Shown here: positions 12,446-24,718 of the stretch, piece by piece
Layout of the letters: each line of letters starts with the position of its first letter
Numbering within the stretch: the stretch's first letter is position 1
DNA from: Malacoraja senta
Lineage: Eukaryota
Direction of reading: 5' to 3'
NCBI GenBank assembly: GCA_038087875.1
Contig: CM075981.1
Location: 1,736,001-1,800,000 of the forward strand
Length of the DNA: 64,000 nucleotides
Notes under the pieces: model-generated
Databases searched by the model: none
The model's input: the letters and a program-made list of their open reading frames with translations, nothing else
Told to the model about the DNA's origin: nothing
Translations under genes and position numbers: made by a program

Positions 12446-12494
12446 GACTTGAATATTCTTGTGAAACTTCGAAAAGAACCAATTATTCTTCAAG
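12446..12494 (+). CDS. 49-nt stalk mini-exon (GLEYSCETSKRTNYSSR)
   Basis: Acceptor tttttatttccttgttccaacag|GA, donor CAAG|gtaaac. Its phase 1-2 exactly bridges phase-1 C2b to the phase-2 TM exon. Not in the ORF track. Confidence 0.8.
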
Positions 12495-12724
12495 GTAAAC
12501 TACTCTGTTTCCAATGAAAGGTGCCATGTACTAATTGCTGGTGTTTTGATTGGGATTGCTTCAATTTGCAGAACGTTGTGTCTTCCGTTTACTGGCATTA
12601 AAGGCCCTTGGGAGTATTGATCTGAATGCACATTGACACAGCCAGTGGAACCACAGCCTCACAATGCCAAGAACCTGAACTTAGGCGCCGTCTATGTGTG
12701 TTCTGCAAATTTCGCCTTTCATTG

Positions 12725-13770
12725 TGTTGGAAGGAACTGCAGATGCTGGATTAAACTGAATATAGGCACAAAAAACTGAGTATATCGGCGGGTCTGACAG
12801 CACCTTTAGAGAAAAGGCATAGGTGACGTTTCGGGTTGAGTCCCTTCTTCAGAGTGAGGGGCAGGGGAAAGGGAAACGAGAGCGATATCAACGGTGATAT
12901 AGAAAGGTATAAAACATTGAATGAAAGATATGCGACAAAAGTAACGATGATGAATGAAACGATCCATTGTTAGCTGTGCGCTCGGTGAAAACGAGTTGTA
13001 CGGACAATGAGACACTACAAGACAGTCAAATTCGTACAATGACTAGGCTGGGGGAGGGACGGGGAGAGAGGGGATGCAAGGGTTATTTGAAGTTATAGAA
13101 ATCAATATTAATATCGCTTGGCTGTAAGATGCCCAAGCGAAATATATGGCACTGTTCCTCCAATTTCCATTTGGCCTCACTCTGGCAATGGAGAAAGCAC
13201 AGAATAGAACGGTCAGTGTGGGAATGGGAGGGGGAGTTAAAGTGTTTAGCAACTGGAAGATCATATAGTCCCAGGCGGATTGAGCGTATGTGTTCAATGA
13301 AACGATTGTCCAGTCAACGTTTGGTCTTGCTGATGTATAAGAGTCCACACCTGATACAATAGATGAGGTTCGAGGCGGTTCAAATGAACTATGCCGAACC
13401 TCAAATGACTGTTGAGTTCCTTGGACAGAGTCGAGGGGGGAGTTATAGGGACAGATGTTGCATTTCCTGCAGTTGAACGGGAAGGAATCTGGGGAGAGGT
13501 TTGTTTGGATGGGAAAGGATGAGATAACCAGGGAGGTATAGGTCATAAGGTCATAAGGGATAGGAGTAGAATTGGGCATACAACAGGATTGCACAGGGAA
13601 CGGTTTCCTGCACTCCACCTGGCACTCAAATGCACTTGGACCATCTCCAAAACCTCCCTCCGCTTTCTCGATCACACAATCTTCATCACAGGAGATAGAC
13701 TATCGATGGATGTCTATTATAAACTGACTGACTCCCACAACTATCTAGATCGCACTTCTTCTCACAGGAT
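12725..13770 (-). mobile_element. Penelope-like fragment; 13590-13770 is an RT C-terminal piece in the opposite (+) orientation
   Basis: Minus-strand GIY-YIG region (13043-13675). Plus-strand LKCTWTISKTSLRFLD..DVYYKLTDSHNYLD. Confidence 0.8.
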
Positions 13771-14489
13771 TTGTGTAAATGTGGTTGATGGTCAGCGCAG
13801 ACCTGAAGGGCCAAATGGCCTATTTCCATACTGCGTCTCTCTATGGATCCTATGAGCCCAAATATCAGGAAACATAAGCAATGCTTTTGCATGTGTTTCA
13901 AGACTGACACTGAAAGATAAATTTATCTCTTAAACATTCTTCTAAACAAGAATTTAGAAGAATGAGGGGGGACCTCATTGAGACATACATAACAGTGAAA
14001 GGCTTGGATAGAGTGAATGTGGAGAGGGTGTTTCCACCAGTGGGAGAGTCTAGAATTAGAGGAAGTAGCCTCAGAATTAGATGCTCTTTTTAGGAAGGAG
14101 ATGAGAAATGTCTTCAGTTAAAGGGTGGTGAATCTGTGGAATAATTTGCCACAGAATGATGTGGAGGCCAAGTCAGTGGATACATTTATGGCAGAGATAG
14201 ATAGATTCTTCTTTAGTACGGGTGTTGGAGGTTATGAGGAAAAGGCAGGAAATGGGGTTAGGTGGGAGAGAAAAATCAGTCATGATTGTATGGCGGAGTA
14301 GACTTGATGGGCCGATTGGCCTAATTCTGCTCCTATTCCTTATGACCTTATGACCGAATTCTATAATAATATACGTATATAATTTGCAAACCAGATATTA
14401 GCTAATTAATCAGAAGGGAAATTGCTTACATCTCATTGTGTTGTGTATATGCTTGGGTTATAAGAACAGGATCCTCCATTTGTTGCCAT

Positions 14490-16412
14490 TCATATGCACT
14501 ACGGGCTGAAAAGATGAAGTACGAGGGGAAGCTGGCCAGGAATATAAATAAGGATAGTAAAAGCTTCTTTAGAAAATGTTAAGGGAAAAAGAGTAGCAAA
14601 ATTTGATGTGGGTCCCTTGAAACCAGACATGGGTGAAATTATTATGGGGAACAAGGAAATGACAGAGGAGTTGAACAGGTACTATGGATCTGGCGTCACT
14701 AAGGAAGACACAAACAATCTCCCAGAAGTACTGGAGGACAGAGGATCAAAGGGGGTAGAGGAACTGAAAGAAATTATCATTAGGCGAGAAATAGTATTGG
14801 GTGGGCTAATGGGACTGAAGGATGATAAATCCCCTGGGCCTGATGGTCTGCATACCAGGGTCCTCAGGGAGGTGGCTCTAGAAATAGTGGACGCATTGGT
14901 GATCATTTTCGAATGTTCAATAGATTCAGGATCAGTTCCTGTGGATTGGATGATAGCTAATGTTATCCCACTTTTCAAGAAAGGAGCGAGCGGGAAAACG
15001 GGGAATTACCGACCAGTTAGCCTGACTTTGGTGGTGGGAAAGATGTTGGAGTCAATCATTAAAGAGGTAATAATGGGGCATTTGGATAGCAGTAAAATGA
15101 TTAGTCCAAGTCAGCATGGATTTATGAAAGGAAAATCACGCTTGACTAATCTTCTGGAATGGTTTGAGGATGTGACAAGTAAAATGGATGAAGGGCAGCC
15201 AGTGGATGTGTAGTGTCACTCGACTTTCAGAAAGCCTTTGATAGGTCTCGCATGGGAGACTGGTGACTAAAATTAGAGCACATGGTACTGGTAGGGTGTT
15301 GACGTGGATAGAAAATTGATTGGCAGACACGAATCAAAGCGTAGGAGTGAACGGGTCCTTTTCAGAATGGCATGCAGTGGCGAATGGAGTGCCGCAAGGC
15401 TCGGTGTTGGGGCCGCAACTGTTTACCATATATATTAATGATTTGGAAGAGGGAATTAGGAGCAACGCTAGCAAGTTTGCGGATGACACAAAGCTGGGTG
15501 GCAGTGTGAACTGTGAAGAGGATGTTAGGAGGTTGCAGGGTGACCTGGACAGGTTGAGTGTGTGGGCAGATGCGTGGCAGATGCAGTATAATATAGATAA
15601 ATGTGAGGTTATCCACTTTGGTGGCAAAAAAAAGGGGCAGATTATTATCTCAATGGGGTTAGGTTAGGTAAGGGGGAGGAACAGCGAGACCTGTGTGTCC
15701 TTGTACACCGGTTACTGAAAGTTGGCGTCCAGGTACAGCAGGCAGTGAAGAAAGCTAACAAGAGGATTTCAGTACAGGAGTAGAGTGGTTCTTCTGCAGT
15801 TGTATAGGGCTCTGTTAAGACCACATCTGGAGTATTGTGTACAGTTTTGGTCTCCTAATTTGCGAAAGGACATCCTTGTGATTGAGGCAGTCCAGCGTAG
15901 GTTCACGAGATTGATCCCTGGGATGGCGGGACTGTCTTATGAGGAAAGATTGAAAAGACTAGGCTTGTATTCACTGGAGTTTAGAAGGATGAGGGGGTAT
16001 CTTATAGAAACATATAAAATGCTTTTTATTTTTTAAGACTGGACAAGCTAGATGCAGGTAAAATGTTCCCAATGTTGGGCGAGTCCAGAACCAGGGGCCA
16101 CAGTCTTAGAATAAAGCGGAGGCCATTTAAGACTGAGGTGAGAAAAAACGTTTTCACCCAGTGAGTTGTGAATTTGTGGAATTTCCTGCACAGAGGACAG
16201 TGGAGGCCAAATCACTGGATGGATTTAAGAGAGAGTTAGATAGAGCTCTAGGGCTAGTGGAACCAAGGGATATGGGGAGAAGGCAGGCATGGGTTATTGA
16301 GTGGGGGCGTTCAGCCATGATCACAATGAATGGCGGTGCAATGATAGGGCCGAATGGCCTCCTCCTGCACCTATTTTCTATGTTTCTATGTTTCCATGTT
16401 TCTATGTTTCTA
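14490..16412 (+). mobile_element. 5'-truncated, frameshifted CR1 LINE
   Basis: [43 protein letters not shown] and [11 protein letters not shown] across ORFs 14608-16036; ctatgtttc tail. Confidence 0.9.
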
Positions 16413-17019
16413 TAGGGCGTTCCCTGCGGTATTCACCATGACTTCTCCATCACTAACCTCACCCCATGGTGTGAGATGAGTATAGTTGCCAAACACAACT
16501 ACTGCTGCTTTGCCTTGCAGTGACTGCTCTAGTGTGGTACTGATAGGAAAATGCATAGTGAATTATGGGCTAAATCACCAACTTGCGGAGTTGGTCAAAG
16601 TCTCAATGTCAGGCATTCCAACAGCAGGAAGTGTCTCCACCTAGAACGTGACCCTGTGTGGTAGGCACGTTAAGTCACACTGCTGACCTTGAGATGGTCA
16701 TGGTGAGCTGCCTTCTGAAGATGTTCCATATTGCAGACAGCTCTAAACGAACAGTCAATGTCCAAACCAATGTTGGTGGATGTGGAGATGGAGTTGTGAA
16801 TGGCATTGGGGTGAGATTTGTGGAATGAAGTGCATTGTTTTCTCTTTGGCATGGTGTTCTCTCCACCGAGGTTGGAACAGGGTTGTAGAACCGCGCTCAC
16901 AACGTGGTGGTTTCAAGGATAGCTGCAAATATTTGGGTAAATCCCTCAGATACCACACCACTGCAGTACTGAGGGAGGGCAGCGTGCTAGCTGTAAGATA
17001 TGAAAACTCCAATAACAGT

Positions 17020-17315
17020 GGCATGGTGGGACAGCGATATAGTTGCTGCCTTATTGCCCCAGAGACTTATGTTCGATCCTGACTCCTGTTGCTGTCTGTT
17101 CGGAGTTTGTTCCTTCTCTCAGAGACCACGTGGGTGTTCTCCAGGTGTTCCAGTTTTCTCCCACATTCCAAAGACGTGCAGGTTTGTAGGTTAATTGGCT
17201 TCTGTAAATTGTCTCTAGTGTGTAGGGTAGATCTAATATATGGTGATTACTGGTCGACGCAAATTTGGTGGGCCGAAAGTCCTGTTTACATGCTGTATCT
17301 CTAAAATAAATTAAA
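17020..17315 (+). mobile_element. V-SINE; its (TAAAC)n tail resumes at 18203-18250
   Basis: tRNA-like head with gttcgatcc B box, central ctccaggtgttccagttttctcccacattccaaagacg, and 3' gggccgaa..cctgttt..gctgtatctctaaa. Confidence 0.8.
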
Positions 17316-18202
17316 TTAACAACAATACAATTTATTTGTCTTTTTTGTCTTTTGGACAAATTTTTCATTTGGACCCCGTTGAGGTCCAAACGAAATGTCG
17401 TTTCTGCAGCCATACATTACAAAACGAAGAAGACCCGAGACACAACACAATTTACACATACATCCATCACAGCGCTGTGATGGAAGGCAAAAAAACGTAT
17501 CTCTCCACTGCACTCCCCCCCCCCCCCGCCCACCATGTCAGAGTCAAAGTCAAAGCCCCCGGCGGGCGATTATCCCGCGGCCATTAAAGCCACGCCGGTT
17601 AATGCAAGGTCGCGCACCGGGTCTTGGTGTTAGAGCCCCGGCGCGCGCTCGCAAAGTCCGGCGGCCATTCCAAGCCGTGCGGGGCGACGATGTAAAGCCC
17701 CGCTCCAGGTGCTCTTCAACCCCGCAACTCGGGCGGGAGAAGTCGCCGCTGCGGAAGCCCCGAAAAGCGGTCTCCCACCAGGGGACCCGCGGGCTTCCGG
17801 TGTTGCCGTCCGCCAGACCCGCGGTTGTAGCCTCCGAATCTCCGGGGGTCGGGTAGCAGCAGCGATTGTCTCCACCACAGCTCCACCCGCTCCGGACTCG
17901 GCCAGCCCCGCGACGGTGAGTAGTCCGCAGCTCCGCAACTGGAGCCCCAGGTCGTTCCTGCTGGAGGCCGCTCCACGTTGCCCAGCCCCAACGACAACGG
18001 AGACCCGACAAAGAAAAGGTCGGGTCTCCCGTGCAGGGGAAAGATTTTAAAGTCCCCCCCCACCCCCACCCCCACCCTCCCACACACATACCCCGACAAA
18101 AAAAAACAAAAAAAAATACATAAAAACGAGACAAAAATAATAAAGAGACAGACGGACTGCAGAGGCCGCTGCAAACGAGTCGCGCCGCCCACCGTTGGAT
18201 GA
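17316..18202 (-). mobile_element. GC-rich non-coding retro-element with LINE-type 3' stem-loop
   Basis: 3' end tttggacc..ggtccaaa hairpin plus gacaaataaa, related to 61340-61700; no recognisable protein. Confidence 0.5.
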
Positions 18203-18552
18203 TAAACTAAACTAAACTAAACCAAACTCAGCTGAACTAAACTAAAGTAATCATTGCTATTAATGTGTAACAGTTCCCATGCATTGTTCGTGAAGGAGGA
18301 GGGAGGGTTCCTTAATGTTTGGGCGCAATTGCTCTTGAACCAGTTTCATGATCGTTGGTCAATGTCACCTTACTGTGAGCAGATTAGCTGCTGCGTTACT
18401 CACCGAAACAGACTCTACACCTCATCTCCTTTGCTGCATACTTCAAAAAAATCATGAAAGGTGCCATATAAATTGTTGACTTTTGTTCTTTACTGAAGGC
18501 CAAGAATCAATGATGAGCCATATCTCACCCTTCCCTATTCTCTGTCCGACAG

Positions 18553-18641
18553 GATCACTTACATAGTTGCGTCTGGTGTCGCTGTGCTTCTCCTGATTCT
18601 CATCATTGCCTTCTTTTGGTACCAAAAGCGTAAAACCAAGG
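18553..18641 (+). CDS. Transmembrane exon (R-ITYIVASGVAVLLLILIIAFFWY-QKRKTK)
   Basis: Long polypyrimidine acceptor cccttccctattctctgtccgacag|G, donor AAGG|gtgagt. About 23 uncharged hydrophobic residues followed by a basic stop-transfer motif. Confidence 0.88.
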
Positions 18642-19369
18642 GTGAGTTTCTGATTTCCCTTAAATAATTTCACAATACTTGTCTCAGTTCCCTCCAGAAT
18701 GTCAAGAGATTTAATTCTGATCTAATCAACAAATGCCCTGCATTAAAGTAATACAGTGTTGGAGGAAGCATGGATGATCAATAATGCTATCACGTTTGAT
18801 GCTATAATGGTGACTCGGTGACAAAAACTATTCTTTTAACATCATTGTACTTAAACTGTCTGAGTGTGAAATGGCAGAGATGCGTGAGAACTAAGAGGCT
18901 AGGTAGAAGTAAGATTTACATCGATACTCTCATCCTCTCAGCTGTTAGAATATGCTTCGTGTGATTAGCTGTTGTATTTCAAATCAGATTAAGTCGTGTT
19001 TATTGTCACATGCACAAGCATGATGAAGTAGTTACAATGAAGATCACACCTGCAGCCTCACAGGGACATAAACAACGTACAACATACCTGCATCACACAG
19101 AGGGCGGTGGGTATATGACAGGAGCTGCCAGAGGAGGTAGTTGAGGCAGGGTAGGTCTAGCCTGGACAGGTAATCCAAGATGTGAACACCCATGAACTTG
19201 AAGCTGCCAACTATCTCCACCGCCGATGAAAATGTGAAAGTTCACTGAGCTGTTCCTCAGTCAGAGAGCATTAGTGGAAAGTAAAACAGTAAACATTTCA
19301 CATCCAAGACCCATTACAACAGGGAAAGAGGGAAAAGAGGGGGAACCTCATTGAAAGATCAAATAGTGA

Positions 19370-22300
19370 AAGGCCTAGATACAGTAGATGTAGAATGGAT
19401 GTAGAAGGGACTCAAATAGAGAATGCTATTAGACAGTGTGTGAGGCAGGAGGCAGAGAAGGAAAGCACTCAGACCCAACATGTAGGGGGGGAAGAAGAAA
19501 ACAATAATAAAAAGAGAATAAGAGGTGGTGGGGTTCTTAAATGGGTGAGCAGAGAAACAGAGGGGTGTCAAATGCGGGCGGAAGCAATAGGTAGCAAGGT
19601 GAAAAGTAAAAGTGGCAGGCAGACAAATCCAGGGCAAAAATCAAAAAGAGCCACATTTCAACATAATTGTATAAGGGGTAAGAGCGTTGTAAAAACAAGC
19701 CTGAAGACTTTGTGTCTCAATGCAAGGAGCATTCGTAATAAGGTGGATGAGTTGAACATGCAGATAGCAATTAATGATTATGATATAGTTGGGATCACGG
19801 AGACATGACTCCAGGGTGACCAAGGCTGGGAGCTGAACATCCAGGGATATTCCATATTCAGGAGGGATAGAGAGAAAGGAAAAGGAGGTGGGGTAGTGTT
19901 GCTGGTTAGAGAGGAGATTAACGCAGTGGAAAGGAAGGACATTAGCTTGGAGGATGTGGAATCGGTATGGGTAGAGCTGCGAAACACTAAGGGGCAGAAA
20001 ACGCTGGTGGGTGTTGTGTACAGGCCACCTAGCAGTAGTAGTGAAGTTGGGGATGGCATCAAACAGGAAATTAGAAATGCGTGCAACAAAGGCAAAACAG
20101 TTATAATGGGGGACTTCAATCTACATATAGATTGGGTGAATCAAATTGGCAGGGGTGCTGAGGAAGAGGATTTCTTGGAATGTATGAGGGATAGTTATCT
20201 AAACCAACATGTAGAGGAACCAACGAGAGAGCAGGCTATTCTAGACTTGGTATTGAGTAATGAGGAAGGGTTAGTTAGCAGACTTGTTGTGCGTGCCCCC
20301 TTGGGCAAGAGTGACCATAATATGGTTGAGTTCTTCATTAGGATGGAGAGTGACATTGTTAATTCAGAAACAACGGTTCTGAACTTAAAGAAAGGTAACT
20401 TTGAGGGTATGAGACGTGAATTGGCCAAGATTGACTGGCAATTAGTTCTAAAAGGGTTGACGGTGGATATGCAATGGAAGGCATTTAAAGACCGCATGGA
20501 TGAACTACAAAAATTGTTCATCCCAGTTTGGCAAAAGAATAAATCAGGGAAGGTAGTGCATCCGTGGATAACAAGGGAAATCAGGGATAGTATCAAAGCA
20601 AAAGATGATGCGTACAAATTAGCCAGAAAAAGCAGCATACCAGAGGACTGGGAGAAATTCAGAGACCAGCAGAGGAGGACAAAGGGCTTAATTAGGAAAG
20701 GGAAAATAGATTATGAAAGGAAACTGGCAGGGAACATAAAAACTGACTGCAAAAGTTTTTGTAGATATGTGAAGAGAAAGAGATTAGTTAAAACAAATGT
20801 AGGTCCCTTGCAGTCAGAAACAGGTGAATTGATGATGGGGAACAAGGATATGGCGGACCAATTGAATAACTACTTTGGTTCCGTCTTCACTAAGGAAGAC
20901 ATAAATAATCTGCCGGAAATAGCAGGGGGCCGCGGGTCAAAGGAGATGGAGGAACTGAGTGAAATCCAGGTTAGTCGGGAAGTGGTGTTGGGTAAATTGA
21001 ATGGACTAAAGGCCGATAAATCACCAGGGCCAGATAGGCTGCATCCCAGAGTACTTAAGGAAGTAGCTCCAGAAATAGTGGATGCATTAGTGCTAATTTT
21101 TCAAAACTCTTTAGATTCTGGAGTAGTTCCTGAGGATTGGAGGGTAGCAAACGTAACCCCACTTTTTAAGAAGGGAGGGAGAGAGAAAACGGGGAATTAC
21201 AGACCAGTTAGTCTAACATCGGTAGTGGGGAAACTGCTAGAGTCAGTTATTAAAGATGGGATAGCAGCACATTTGGAAAGTGGTGAAATCATTGGACAAA
21301 GTCAGCATGGATTTACGAAAGGTAAATCGTGTCTGACGAATCTTATAGAATTTTTCGAGGATGTAACTAGTAGAGTGGATAGGGGAGAACCAGTGGATGT
21401 GTTGTATCTGGACTTTCAGAAGGCTTTCGACAAGGTACCACATAAGAGATTAGGATACAAACTTAAATCACACGGTATTGGGGGTTCAGTATTGATGTGG
21501 ATAGAGAACTGGCTGGCAAACAGGAAGCAAAGAGTAGGAGTAAACGGGTCCTTTTCACAATGGCAAGCAGTGACTAGTGGGGTACCGCAAGACTCAGTGC
21601 TGGGACCCCAGCTATTTACAATTTATATTAATGATCTGGACGAGGGAATTGAAAGCAACATCTCCAGGTTTGCGGATGACACTAAGCTGGGGGGGCAGTG
21701 TTAGCTGTGAGGAGGATGCCAGGAGACTGCAAGGTGACTTGGATAGGCTGGGTGAGTGGGCAAATGTTTGGCAGATGCAGTATAATGTGGATAAATGTGA
21801 GGTTATCCACTTTGGTGGCAAAAACGGGAAGGCAGACTATTATCTAAATGGTGGCCGATTAGGAAATGGGGAGATGCAGCGAGACCTGGGTGTCATGGTA
21901 CACCAGTCATTGAAAGTAGTCATGCAGGTGCAGCAGGCAGTGAAGAAAGCGAATGGTATGTTGGCCTTCATAGCAAGAGGATTTGAGTATAGGAGCAGGG
22001 AGGTTCTACTGCAGTTGTACAGGGTCTTGGTGAGACCACACCTGGAGTATTGCGTACAGTTTTGGTCTCCAAATCTGAGGAAGGACATTATAGCCATAGA
22101 GGAAGTGCAGAGAAGGTTCACCAGACTGATTCCTGGGATGTCAGGACTTTCATATGAAGAAAGACTGGATAGACTTGGCTTATACTCGCTAGAATTTAGG
22201 AGATTGAGAGGGGATCTTATAGAAACGTACAAAATTCTTATGGGGTTGGCCAGGCTAGATGCAGGAAGATTGTTCCCGATGTTGGGGAAGCCCAGGACAA

Positions 22301-22605
22301 GGGGTCACAGCTCAAGGATAAGGGGGAAATCCTTTAAGACCGAGATGAGGAAAAACTTTTTCACACAGAGAGTGGTGAATCTCTGGAACTCTCTGCCACA
22401 GAGGGTAGTTGAGGCCAGTTCATTGGCTATATTTAAGAGGGAGTTAGATGTGGCCCTTGTGGCTAAGGGGATCAGGGGCTATGGAGAGAAGGCAGGTACG
22501 GGATACTGAGTTGGATGATCAGCCATGATCATATTGAATGGCGGTGCAGGCTCGAAGGGCCGAATGGCCTACTCCTGCACCTATTTTCTATGTTTCTGTG
22601 TTTCT
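19370..22605 (+). mobile_element. CR1 LINE with nearly complete ORF2 (APE endonuclease plus RT), two lesions
   Basis: Frame from 19395 (LNARSIRNK..GITET) broken by TGA at 19806-19808 (expected TGG); continues 19896-21704 ([24 protein letters not shown]); G-run frameshift near 21690-21696; ends in 21577-22509 plus tail. Confidence 0.93.
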
Positions 22606-22939
22606 ATTAGTGGGATAGTCTAGGACCAGAGATCATAACTTCAGAATTAAAGGACATTCCTTTATGATGGACATGAGGAATAATTTAGTTCGTCAGAGGG
22701 TGATGAATCTGTGGAATTCTTTGCCACAGAAGGCTGTGGAGCCCGTCAATAGATATTTTAAGGCATAGATAGATTCTTGATTCGTACAGGTGCCCTGGAT
22801 TATGGAGGGAAGGCAGGAGAAAGAGGTTAGGAGGGAGAGATAGATCAGCCATGGTTAAATGGCGGAGTAGATGGATGGGCTGCATAGCTTAATTCTACTC
22901 TTATCACTCATGAACTTATGAAAACCTTTTTAAGCAGAT

Positions 22940-23340
22940 TAGGTTAGGGTGATGGACACAAAATGCTGGAGTAACTGAGCGAAACAAGCAGCATCTCTGG
23001 AGAGAAGTAATGTGTGATGTTTTAGGTCGAAACTCTTTTTCAGACTGATGTCAGGCAAGTGGCAGTACTGAGATAAAGTATAGTCGGACACAGTAAGACT
23101 GGTCAGAGAACTTCGAAGGGGGAGTGGATGGAGGGAGGGAAAGCAAGGGCTACTTGAAGTTAGAGAAGTCAATGTTCATACCGCTGGGGTGTAACCAGCC
23201 CAAGGAAATATGAGGTGCTGTTTCTCCAATTTGTGCTGGGCCTCACTCTGAGAATAGATGAGGCCCAGGACAGAATGGTTAGTGTGGGAATGGGAGTAGG
23301 AGTTAAAGTGTTGATCAACCGGGAGATCAGGTAGGTTTAG
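22940..23340 (-). mobile_element. Penelope-like 3' fragment
   Basis: Reverse complement of cttgggctggttacaccccagcggtatgaacattgacttctctaacttcaag (LQPSGMNIDFSNFK) and the terminal repeat. Confidence 0.75.
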
Positions 23341-23977
23341 GCAGCTTCAGTGTGAGATGGGGTAGAGTACAGGGAATATGATCCATTCTGAACATTACGT
23401 ACAGTAACCAAAACAACAGGGCAGATTCTTACTCCATACGTGCAAATATACTGCAGTGCCTTTGGGGTTCTCCTAAATATAAGGTCGTGGCAACAACACG
23501 TAGATGTTTGTGTGTTGGAAGGAACTGCAGATGGTGGTTTACACTGAAGGTAAACATAAAATGCTCTAGAAATTAGCGGGTCAGGGGCGACATTTTGCCA
23601 GCAGCGCAACAGAAAATCATCAAATATAGTAGTTCTCAGCTTAGCTGGATAAAAGAAACAGATTGAGTATGTGTGTATGTGTATATATACACACTGAACT
23701 TATTTTTCTCTCCCGTTATGTACTATGTCTACATATTCTGTTGTGCTGCAGCAAGTAAGATTGTCATTGTTCTATCTGGGACATATGACAATAAAACACT
23801 CTATACTCTTGAAAAGGAACAGTTGACGTTTCAAGGCGAGACCCTTCTTCAGACTGAGAGTCAGGTGAAAGGGAAACAAGAGATATAGAAGGTACATGGA
23901 ACAAATGAATGAAATATATGAATGAATGATGTTTAAACCTGTTCATAATATGGCTCTATCGACAACATATTTTCCAG

Positions 23978-24024
23978 AATCCAAGTGCAATACATCACAC
24001 GGTGAAGACAACAATGAAATCCAG
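23978..24024 (+). CDS. Cytoplasmic mini-exon (ESKCNTSHGEDNNEIQ)
   Basis: Acceptor catattttccag|AA, donor CCAG|gtaaaa, 47 nt. Phase 1-0 bridges the TM exon to the last exon. Confidence 0.78.
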
Positions 24025-24442
24025 GTAAAAATGTGAAATATAAATTCTCTGAGTGATGAAAAATATATAATATTGAATTATCTGTGTTTACACAGGCCAT
24101 TTAGCAACACCAGTCCACTCCAGTTAAGAGAACCAGCACAGAAACAGGCCCTTTGGCCCACCGAGTCCACGCCGACCGGTGACCCACGCACACAAAAACT
24201 ATCCTACGCACACTAGGGACAATTTGCAATTATGCCAAACCAATTAACCTACAAACATGTTGTAGGCACTGTCAGGCAACAACTCTACCGCTGCTCCACC
24301 ATGCTGCGCTATCTTTGTGTTGTAAACAGCAGCAATGGCCTGTTCTGTACACTGAACAGTTTGAGACCTACTTTGTAATAGACATCTGTTGAGGACCTTT
24401 CAAATCTATTAGGTTGTAAAATTGGATTTTGTTATATTTTAG

Positions 24443-24718
24443 GAAATGGCAGTGTTGGAAGGGAACCACGTTGATGCAAATCTGCAGCAAATTGGAAACA
24501 ACAGGGCAGCTGACCATTTGGATAACAATGAAGGTGGAATCACGTATGCAGTGGTGAAATGTCAAAGGAAGTCGAGATCAAGGCACCCTGAGACTCACAA
24601 CACTGTTCTCTACGCAGATGTTAATTTTCATCGCAACTGCCCAAAGGGCAATCGGAAACCCCACTCTACTAGGGCTCCAGAGAACTCTGAAACAATTTAT
24701 GCCTCTGTTGTTTCTTAG
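24443..24718 (+). CDS. Terminal cytoplasmic exon with ITIMs ITYAVV and VLYADV and ITSM TIYASV
   Basis: Acceptor ttttgttatattttag|GAA, phase 0, stop TAG at 24716-24718. Motifs match the I/V/L/SxYxxL/V and TxYxxV/I consensuses. Confidence 0.88.
   Translation, partial: EMAVLEGNHVDANLQQIGNNRAADHLDNNEGGITYAVVKCQRKSRSRHPETHNTVLYADVNFHRNCPKGNRKPHSTRAPENSETIYASVVS

Larger units (their letters stand above)
244..24718 (+). other. Spliced gene model: CD300/pIgR-like x FCRL-like inhibitory Ig receptor (V-V-C2-V-C2-stalk-TM-ITIM tail), about 680 aa without leader; 5' end not in window
   Basis: Nine exons with AG/GT boundaries whose phases join into one open frame (1-1,1-1,1-1,1-1,1-1,1-2,2-1,1-0,0-stop). 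Whether V1-V2-C2a and V3-tail are one transcript is inferred, not shown. Confidence 0.75.

Noticed and set aside
17395-18202. Several overlapping 100-190 aa ORFs here and at 61414-62452
   Set aside because: By-products of high GC content in non-coding repeats; no domain signatures.
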